From the NCBI GenBank assembly GCA_051453625.1, contig JBOZIK010000001.1:8073780-8122721 (forward strand): 48,942 nt of DNA. The letters are read 5' to 3'. Source of the DNA: Welwitschia mirabilis (Eukaryota). Both the position numbers and the translations under genes were made by a program. Below the pieces are notes generated by a model. It was not told the DNA's origin. It worked only from the letters and a program-made list of their open reading frames with translations, and ran no database searches. Shown here in pieces: positions 38,800 to 48,942 of this stretch (its first letter is position 1; every line of letters starts with the position of its first letter).

Positions 38800-41700
38800 G
38801 AGTAAGATTCATCTAAAGGTTTCTAATACCTATTTCTATGCATTAATAATAAAATAATGAAACATACTTAACAACTAGTCTTACTTAAAGATTGCTAATT
38901 CCAAATGAACTATGCAATAACAATGAAAGAATTAAAACCAATTCTTGTATTAAAAATATAAGAATATACATTACATCAAATGAACAAAGAGAAGAAGAAA
39001 AAGAAAACCTCAACTAGCCTTGAATCATTCTTCCATCAAGAAAGATGATTAGAGCATGATGACATCCTAGCCTCCAAGCCTTTCCCATGTTAATCCAATC
39101 AAAAGATGTTTACAATGGGCACTCAAGGTCATTTTATAAATGAAGAAAGGCTTAAAGAGCTTTATCATGATTACATTAGGTGTTTGATACATTAAATAGA
39201 TGGTTGCAGAAGAGAGGGTTACATTAGGATAGTTATTTAAGAAGGAAGTTACTAGTTTTTGGTAGGTAGCCACAAGAAGAGATTATTCATCTTATTATGC
39301 AAGCATGGTGATGACATGTATTCTAACTACTAATAACACTGCCAACTGATGCTAAGTTATGCATCTTCCATGTGATCATCCTCATAGTGCCAGAATGTCA
39401 CTGTGACTTATTATTTTGTACTTCTGCCAAACGACGTCAGATTTAAAGATTTATTCTAGGTTATTTTTGACNNNNNNNNNNGATGAACTTCCCAAATTAA
39501 TGTAGGACATGAGTTTTATGCAATTTTTTCTTAGAAGGTCAATAATGCTGATAGTCGTGGCCGATGGTGCCAACATTGTTTGTTGGAATTCTTCAAAAGC
39601 CAATAATAAACCTGCTAAATGTTGGGAAAGGTTTATAATTTTATAAAAACATGATAAAAATGGTAAAATAAATTATTTTATGATAAATTGATGAATTAAA
39701 TATCCCTCTCTCTGCATAATTAATCAATTATACTTGTTTGTAATNNNNNNNNNNNNNNNNNNNNNNNNNNNNNNNNNNNNNNNNNNNNNNNNNNNNNNNN
39801 NNNNNNNNNNNNNNNNNNNNNNNNNNNNNNNNNNNNNNNNNNNNTTATGAGGTCAAAAATTCTAGAATACTAATCTAAGTACCTTAAAGCCCATTTCAAG
39901 AATAGCCTGATTGATAAGATTTATTCATTAGGAAGTCTTTCATTCATTAAAAAGGTTTAAACTTTAATGTGACTAAGTTTCTATCCAAATGCAAGGTAAT
40001 CTCTCTTCAAAATGGTTCTTTTCATCTTGTATTTTAAATAAAAGAAGATATGAACAAATTATTCTTGAGAGGGACTTATTTTTTTGACAAATGAGGATTA
40101 GTCTTGACAATATGATCACCATTTATCCTAAACAAGGTTAATATATTTAAAAATCTATCACTATGAATATATATTTAAAACTCTCACTTAGAGATATGNN
40201 NNNNNNNNNNNNNNNNNNNNNNNNNNNNNNNNNNNNNNNNNNNNNNNNNNNNNNNNNNNNNNNNNNATATAATATAAGAATGGCATCAACTAGCACATTT
40301 GTCTATATGAAGTCAAAAAAATTCAAAGCTGGCAAGGTAATTATTTATATGTAGCAGTGAACTAGTTTTAAATAGGTAAAACCTACTATTGTTCTTCCAC
40401 AAGGATATATGTGATAACTTTGTAAAATATACATAAAAATTATAACTTAAAATGAAACTCAAACAAACTAAAAATTAGAAAGTTGAGAAGAAAATGATAT
40501 TTGATTGATAATATAAGAAAATGAAAATGCTTCAAGGATCCAATTGATTTACTTAATACTGCACATTTGCTTCAATTATTCTTGTATCCTAAAACATAAA
40601 TGGAAATTATTANNNNNNNNNNNNNNNNNNNNNNNNNNNNNNNNNNNNNNNNNNNNNNNNNNNNNNNNNNNNNNNNNNNNNNNNNNNNNNNNNNNNNNNN
40701 NNNNNNNNNNNNNNNNNNNNNNNNNNNNNNNNNNNNNNNNNNNNNNNNNNNNNNNNNNNNNNNNNNNNNNNNNNNNNNNNNNNNNNNNNNNNNNNNNNNN
40801 NNNNNNNNNNNNNNNNNNNNNNNNNNNNNNNNNNNNNNNNNNNNNNNNNNNNNNNNNNNNNNNNNNNNNNNNNNNNNNNNNNNNNNNNNNNNNNNNNNNN
40901 NNNNNNNNNNNNNNNNNNNNNNNNNNNNNNNNNNNNNNNNNNNNNNNNNNNNNNNNNNNNNNNNNNNNNNNNNNNNNNNNNNNAATAACAATGAAAGGAT
41001 TAAAACCAATTCTTGTATTAAAAATATAAGAATACACATTACATTAAATGAAGAAAGAGAAGAAGAAAAAGAAATCCTCAACTAGCCTTGAATCATTCCA
41101 CCCTTAAGAAAGATGATTAGAGCATAATGACACCCTAGCCTCAAAGTCTTCCCCATGTTAAGCCAATCAAAAGATGTTTATAATGGGAACTCAAGGCCAT
41201 TTTATAAATGAAGGCAGGCTTAAAGAGCTTTATCATGATTACATTAGGTGTTTGATGCATTAAATGAACAGTTGCATAAGAGAGGGTTACATTAGGGCAG
41301 TTATTTAAGGAGGAAGTTACAAGTTTTTGGCAGGTAGCCACAAGAAGAGATTCTTCATCTTATTATGCAAGCATGGTAATGACATGTCTTCTAACTACTA
41401 ATGACACTACTAACTGATGCTAAGTTATGCATCTTCCATGTGATCATCCTCATAGTGCCAGAATGTCATTGTGACTTATTATTTTGTACTTCTACCAAAT
41501 GACATCAGATTTAAAGATTTATTGTAGATTATTTTTGACTTAGCCCATAAGCGTAAAATGATTAACTTCCCAAATTAATGTAGGAACATGAGTTTTATGT
41601 AAGTTTTTCTTAGAATGTCGATAATGCTGATAGTCGTGGCTGATGGTGCCAACATTGTTTGTTGGAATTTTTTAATTTTTGTACTATTCTTTAAAAGCTA

Positions 41701-44700
41701 ACAATAAACTTGCTAAATGTTGGGAAAAGTTTATAATTTTATAAAAACATGATAAAAATGATAAAAGAAATTATTTTATGATAAATTGATGAATTAAATA
41801 TCCCTCTCTCTACATAATTAATCAATTATACTTGTTTGTAATGTCAATTTTTGCGTGTAAACATACCTCCTAATCAAACGTTTATTAGCCTCTTGGCAAA
41901 ATGGTGATATTAAAATGATGAACATGGAAAAATTATCTAATTAAAACACTTAAGTATGGAATTGATATAAAATTTTCAAAAAATTTTGATCAATTTTTAA
42001 CAAAGAAGGCATTAAAATCAAAAAAATTCTGTAAAAACAAATGTCATGCCCCCAATTAAAATTAAACTTTCTCTTCAACGTTAAAGATATTAAAAATTTA
42101 TAGAAGGATTTTGAGAATAAGTCAAGGTGTTATAAAGATTTTAGATAATATAAATTTTTATACAAGACTAGTAACTGATTTTTTAATGTATGTATTTAGG
42201 GAAAACCACATTGTAATCTAAGGGAAAATAAAACATAAAACCTAATGAAAATCCATCATCTACAAATTTAAAAGATAAAACACCTAAATCGATGGCCATA
42301 TTTATTGAAAATTTTGTCAATTTTATTCTAGATTTAAAATGTGTCACAATACTAAACAAATAAGATATCCTTTAAGTAAACTTGTAACTAATAAAAAATT
42401 AGTTAAGCCAATCTCCAAATACATAAGTTAAGTAAAGTGAACATAAACAAATCTTCCAATTCCACTTTTTTTTCATTTCAATTTACCTTTTCTATAACCA
42501 CTGTTTTTTCCTTATTTGAAGCATTTTAATCTAATTGGGCATCTAGTGTTACGACATCTTCTTCCAATAGAGTTAATCATGTTCATATATAAAGGAGTCA
42601 GTGTTGCACTGCCAATGAACTTTTATAGTCTCGATGCAGTTGAAGACATCATAAAAGGGATTATTAGTGCTACATTGCTAGTAAGCATTCATAGCCCTAA
42701 TCTAGTTAAGTAAACCCAATATTTAACTGATTAATAAAGAATGTGCTTTTCATAGAGGATATATTTCACTTTCTTTTAATCATCCTTTTCATATTCGGTA
42801 AATTGTGGTGCACATAAAAGAATCATTAACTCATTAGACTAATTAAGACAAATCTTATCCCCATAAAAAACTTAGCATAAAAGTATATTCCACCTTAATT
42901 CAACCATATTTTACAATTAAAAGACCTTAAGTGAAACTAGTTTTGATAAGTTAACTCAAAAATAAGCAAAACATTTTCTTGAAAAACTACAAGTAAATTT
43001 AAATTCTATCTANNNNNNNNNNNNNNNNNNNNNNNNNNNNNNNNNNNNNNNNNNNNNNNNNNNNNNNNNNNNNNNNNNNNNNNNNNNNNNNNNNNNNNNN
43101 NNNNNNNNNNNNGAAAATAATTAACTTAGCATCAAAGTATATTCCACCTTAATTCAACCATATTTTACAATTGAAAGACCTTAAGTGAAACTAGTTTTGA
43201 TAAGTAAACTCAAAAATAAGCAAAACATTTTCTTAGAAAACTACAAGTAAATTTAAATTCTATCTAATTCCTAATAATAATGTGATCACTTATTAATGGT
43301 TTATTTCATTTAAGGGCCATCAAATAGGATCATCTAATCTTAGAAACTCATAGATGAATGGAAGAAAAGGGTGGTTGATAGAGTTTATTAGGCGATAAAA
43401 ATGTAAAAGTTATGGATGAAATGGTTTGAGGCGATGGTGGTTTATTCATTGGCATAGGTAGTATTTTGGATTTCCTAAATGGCCATGTTTAATGTGGTGA
43501 TTATATAGGTGGTAGTGCTTAGGTAGTTTAAGAAAAGAAAGGACATCAAGCATGAAATTTTTTAATATTTTTAATTTTTTCAATTTTGAATCTATCCTAA
43601 AAGGAAAATATATTCTTAAAAAAGTTTAATTTAAAAGCGCACATACATGAAGGCTTAAGATGTTGAATGCAATGGTCGAATAATGAATTGAAATTTTGCA
43701 AAGCATTCAAAGATGAGAGAGAATTCTTATAAACATTTATGCATGAATTTATAAAATTTTGAAGAACATCAGTGTTAGCAGTAAACTTAGCGTGTTCAAA
43801 ATCAATAATTGTTCANNNNNNNNNNTAGGCTATTTGTATTTACTCAATAATTCATATAAGTCATCATTTTGGGGTAAAGACAAAGTTGAATTAAATACCA
43901 TTAGAGAAGGCAAATGATCATCGAGAAAAGTATCAGAAGATGGTCCTTAAAATATGGAGGATTTATCTTCTTCATTAAGGTTTGAGTCCTGCTTATAAGA
44001 TAGAGATCAAAATGATATGATTGGCTCAAAATGTTATTAAGAGAAAATTTGTTCATAAGATTAATCATGAATGGATGCTTTACTAATACTCTCCTCTTCA
44101 TTAGAGTTTTTAAGGAATTCTTTCTCATGAGGTTGCACAGGCGAAAAAGGTTGTGATTCAAAGATAGGTTCATTTCTATTATTGTCTATTTCATTAATGT
44201 TACTTATTAATTTATCCTCTGTTATGTAGCTCTCTAGTTTGTAGTCTTCTTCAAATGTTTACTTACTTACTACTAATTGATCATCGTTAGATGTATGTAA
44301 TCCTACTCTAAAGTATAGCTTATTTATGCATAATCATTCACACTCTAAGGATTTTTGAAACTCAATGTTCTCTTAGATCTCATCATAGGTTTCATTGTGG
44401 GTTACTTTAAGGGTCTCTTCCTCATTCCTAAGAAATATGATTTGGGTGTCATCAATTCTATGTTCATTAATCCCTTCAAGGTTTTTAAGGCTCTTAGGTT
44501 TATGGAATGTAGAAAGGACTTCTTCTTCGTGTTGTTGATTAAGAGCCCTAAGGATTTAATCATTTGAGTTATTTGTTGAAGAATTTTATCAATGTTATCT
44601 TCATTTTTATTGGAGGTTTATTCTAAAGAATGAGAATGAAATTGAAGTATTTAACAACACTTTTTAAAAATCTTTGAAATGTATCTTTAAAGAAAGGTGT

Positions 44701-46830
44701 GGTGGTTTGTTAGGTTTACGAAGATGATAGATAGCATTCAAATGATCAAGAATACATAAAGGTAAATGAAGGGTAAGGATCAAAGGATGACAAATATGAA
44801 AATTAGGATGAAGAATATAGATTATAAGACGTAATGATGGGTATGAAATCAAACTCTTATGAGTTGATATAAGGATCTTGAAACTCATCATTATAAAGAG
44901 ATTGATCTAGGTATGGATGGAGTTGAAGACACTCTTTAAAGATCTATTTAGATTGAATTAAGGCTCTTATAGTACATTTAGATTGTTCATGATTGTAGAA
45001 ACTATAGGATAGATAGGTGGAATATTAGAAGATGTTTGANNNNNNNNNNNNNNNNNNNNNNNNNNNNNNNNNNNNNNNNNNNNNNNNNNNNNNNNNNNNN
45101 NNNNNNNNNNNNNNNNNNNNNNNNNNNNNNNNNNNNNNNGTGGAAGCTTAGAAGATGTTTAAAATGGATTATGTGCCTAACTAATTTCTAAGTGTTAGAA
45201 AATAGATTATAATTTCAACTAAATGTTTACATTTTCTTGAGTTTTTATGATTTTATAGGAAGCATGTAATACAAAAAGTTTTAGAGAGTAATGTGAGGTT
45301 TCTGTTTAAGGTTTAGGCTATTTTGAGTAGGAATGCCAACTAGTTATTCTAGTTAGTGCAACAAGTTTCAGGTTATAGAGTCTGAGAAATTTTTAATAGA
45401 AAGTAAAATCAGTAGCAAGTTAATTAAATTTAATCTACGAAAATAACCTTATAATTTTTTGATTTTATCAAAATTTTAACATCCAAAATTATAATAGAAG
45501 CAAACTAAATCAACACTGAAAAATTTACATAAATTTATAACAAATAATAGAATGCAAAACACGTAAAGAAAATCATTAGGATCTAATTTAGTTTTTCTCG
45601 TTTTTATAAATCTTAGTTTTAGTTGCACTTGCAGGAAATTCGTATGACATGTAACATGAAATACAAGATATATAAATATGTTTTTAGATTAGAAGAAAAA
45701 CTAAACAAAACTTAGAAAGTAAATGAGCTTTAGGTTTTTTGTAAAGAACCAGTACCCACCATTGGATGAAAAAGAAAATACATAAAAAAAAGAGAAAAGG
45801 ACTAGTTTGAGTACCGATGGAAAAAGGAATAGTACCTACCACTAGAGAAATAAAAGATAACTAAAAAATCACAAGAATAAAATCATATATTCTTTAAAAA
45901 GCCACTATGCCAATATTTTCAGCAATAGTACCAAAATCTATTCATGTATATCAGTGAACTAGATTTAACTAGGTAGAACCCAGTATCATTGTTTCATAAG
46001 GATATATGTGACAATTTTACAAAAGATACACAAAAATTCTAACTTAAAATTAAACTGAAATAAACTAAAGATCAAAAAATTAAGAAGAAAATAATCTTTA
46101 ATTAGTAACATAAGGGAATAAAAATGCTACAAGGATCTAATTGATTTACTTAACACTTCACTTTTTCTCTAATGATTCTTATATCCTAAAACATAAATGA
46201 AAATTATCAAGTTATTAAGGCTCAATGTGGAGGCATAATCTCATCTACTACATAAGTGTTGGTGAATTATTCAGTACTCCTAATACTCCATAGCCATTTG
46301 TAATCATGGAAAGTATGAACCAAAGTGCACAAACTTCATTAAATNNNNNNNNNNNNNNNNNNNNNNNNNNNNNNNNNNNNNNNNNNNNNNNNNNNNNNNN
46401 NNNNNNNNNNNNNNNNNNNNNNNNNNNNNNNNNNNNNNNNNNNNNNNNNNNNNNNNNNNNNNNNNNNNNNNNNNNNNNNNNNNNNNNNNNNNNNNNNNNN
46501 NNNNNNNNNNNNNNNNNNNNNNNNNNNNNNNNNNNNNNNNNNNNNNNNNNNNNNNNNNNNNNNNNNNNNNNNNNNNNNNNNNNNNNNNNNNNNNNNNNNN
46601 NNNNNNNNNNNNNNGAACTCCTCAACTAGACTTGGATTATTCTAGCCCCAAGAAAGATGATCAGAGCATCATAATTTCCTAACCTTCAAGTCTTCCCCAT
46701 GTTATGCTAACCAAAACTATTTACAATGGGAAATTAAAACTATTTTATAGGTGAGAAAAGTCTTAGAGAGATTTGTCATGATTACATTAGGTGTCTTTAT
46801 AATGCGTTAGGTGGGTAGTTACATAAGGAA

Positions 46831-46870
46831 GGTGGGGAAGAGGGGGAGGTGGGGGAGGGGAGGGAGGGAG
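46831..46870 (+). repeat. G-rich purine tract (putative G-quadruplex motif)
   Basis: ggtggggaagagggggaggtgggggaggggagggagggag contains six runs of at least 3 G. Confidence 0.7.
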
Positions 46871-48529
46871 TTTATATGGTGGTTACTTAAGGAGGAAGTT
46901 ATAAGTTTTTAGCATAAATACACAAGGATATATTTTTCATCTTCTTATGCAAGCATGACAATGACATGTTTTCTACTTACTGATGATGCTGCCAATACAT
47001 GTCAAGTTATACATCTTCCATGTGATCATGCTTATGGCATTACATGTCACTATGAATTATTATTTTGTACTTCTGCCAGGTGTCATTAGGCTTGAAGATC
47101 TATTATAGATTATTTTTGATTAAGCTCATAAGTGTAAANNNNNNNNNNNNNNNNNNNNNNNNNNNNNNNNNNNNNNNNNNNNNNNNNNNNNNNNNNNNNN
47201 NNNNNNNNNNNNNNNNNNNNNNNNNNNNNNNNNNNNNNNNNNNNNNNNNNNNNNNNNNNNNNNNNNNNNNNNNNNNNNNNNNNNNNNNNNNNNNNNNNNN
47301 NNNNNNNNNNNNNNNNNNNNNNNNNNNNNNNNNNNNNNNNNNNNNNNNNNNNNNNNNNNNNNNNNNNNNNNNNNNNNNNNNNNNNNNNNNNNNNNNNNNN
47401 NNNNNNNNNNNNNNNNNNNNNNNNNNNNNNNNNNNNNNNNNNNNNNNNNNNNNNNNNNNNNNNNNNNNNNNNNNNNNNNNNNNNNNNNNNNNNNNNNNNN
47501 NNNNNNNNNNNNNNNNNNNNNNNNNNNNNNNNNNNNNNNNNNNNNNNNNNNNNNNNNNNNNNNNNNNNNNNNNNNNNNNNNNNNNNNNNNNNNNNNNNNN
47601 NNNNNNNNNNNNNNNNNNNNNTGATAATTAGTAAGCTTGACCTAATGATTACTGATACCTCTTTCTATGAATTAATAATGAAAGAATAAAACCTCCTTAA
47701 GAACTAGTCTTTTCTAAAGATTGCTAATGTCAAATGAATTATGTAATAACAATGAAAAGATTAAAACCAATTCTTGTATTAAAATCTAAAAATATATATT
47801 ACATAAACTAGAGAAAGAGATGAATAAAAAGAACTTCTCAACTAGACTTGGATCATTCTAGCCCCAAGAAAGATGATTAACCTTCAAGTCTTTCCCATGT
47901 TACGCTAACCAAAACTATTTACAATGGAAAATTAAAGCTATTTTATAGATGGGAAAAGGCTTGGAGAGCTTTGTCATGATTACATTAGGTGTCTTTATCA
48001 TGCATTAGGTGGGTAGTTACATAAGGAAGGTGGGGCGGTTATACTATGGTGATTCCTTAAGGAGGAAGTTACAAGTTTTTAGCATAAATCCATAAGGAAA
48101 TATTTTTCATCTTCTTACGTAAGCATGATAATGACATGTTTTCTACCTACTGATGATGCTGCCAATAGATGCCAAGTCATACATCTTCCATGTGATCATG
48201 CTTATGGCATCACATGTTACTATGAATTATTATTTTGTACTTCTGACAGGTGTCATTAGGCTTGAAGATCTATTATAGATTATTTTTGATTAAGATCATA
48301 AGTGTAAAATAATAAACTTCTTAAATTAATGTAGGAACATGAGTTTTATGCAAGTTTTTCTCAAAAGGTCAATGGTGCCAGTAGTCTTGACTAGTGGCAT
48401 TGACGTTGTTTGCTAGAATTCTTTAAGGTTTTGCACTATTCTTCAAAAGCTAACAATAAACCTATTAATGTCAAGGAAAAGTCCATAATTTCAAGAAAAT
48501 ATGATAAAAATGATAAAAGACATTATTTT

Positions 48530-48942
48530 TGTGGTGCGTATTTATACAACATTTATGTCCTAAGTAGAATCCTGTTAATCACAAATAATAATGCATAAAT
48601 ACAACACACTAATATAGATGGGAGTTGACTCAAATGTCATAATTCTTTGAAGGCCAAAGTAGAAAATAAGAGAGTTACTTTCAAAAGAGAAATGTTTGTA
48701 TCCTAATATATAAAAATAATTTGCAATGTATAAAAGTAAAGTAAAATACACTTGTGCAAAGCTAATCTATGAAAATGAAACAATAATGCACTTAACCTTA
48801 ACTAACCAAGTACAACTTTGATGAAGGTTTCCCTCATAACCTATATGATAAGAGAAACTATCACTGGATCTTAAGAAACATAAGCTATGAGGAAGAGAAA
48901 CATTTACATATTGAAAGCATAAAAGAAAATGTTTTGTATTAA
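48530..48942. mobile_element. Probable start of another insertion interrupting the family C 5' LTR
   Basis: Homology to the other C LTR copies stops abruptly after aaagacattatttt, roughly 85 bp short of the LTR end. The new sequence begins with TG (tgtggtgcg). Confidence 0.5.

Larger units (their letters stand above)
38272..48529 (-). mobile_element. Family C copy 3: near-complete non-autonomous Athila-derived LTR element
   Basis: 3' LTR 38272-39744 / 40342-41863 (ends tgtaaaca), PPT-like tacctcc beside it, ~4.1-kb internal region 41864-45938 with ORF-X remnant and no recognisable PR/RT/RH/INT, PBS 45916-45936 (ttttcagcaatagtaccaaaa), 5' LTR from 45939. Confidence 0.82.

Noticed and set aside
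41864..43400. Captured host gene in the family C 3' internal region (ORF 42516-42713)
   Set aside because: Short, no recognisable domain or splice structure, and in keeping with AT-rich TE 3' non-coding sequence.
1..48942. Host species assignment
   Set aside because: Element types indicate a plant, but nothing in the window fixes the taxon without a database search.

Overview
Very AT-rich, CpG-depleted eukaryotic DNA, almost certainly plant heterochromatin from a gapped short-read scaffold. I find no intact host gene, RNA gene or CRISPR array. Nearly the whole window resolves into nested, decayed retroelements. (A) An Athila-type Ty3/gypsy element on the minus strand: 3' LTR ~421-1847, extra ORF ~2600-3500, RNaseH-integrase 5270-6925, gag-protease-RT 33524-37170. 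Its pol reading frame is split by (B), a second Athila-type element at 6926-33523 with both LTRs, PBS, gag and RNaseH-integrase. B is interrupted by a full-length Ty1/copia element (8984-18436, TSD CATGA), by two partial copies of a pol-less Athila-derived family (C) and by an L1-type LINE. A second LINE (~37175-38271) cuts the gag of A and is itself interrupted by a near-complete family C element (38272-48529), whose 5' LTR is cut by another probable insertion at ~48530. Most 100-N gaps are flanked by diverged duplicates, which suggests two haplotypes or homeologs were assembled in tandem. I cannot support a novel protein-based system. The best novelty candidates are family C with its conserved gag-derived ORF, the fossil palindromic ACGT arrays in LTRs, and the double-copy nature of the locus. 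All homology calls come from hand translation and motif recall, not database searches.
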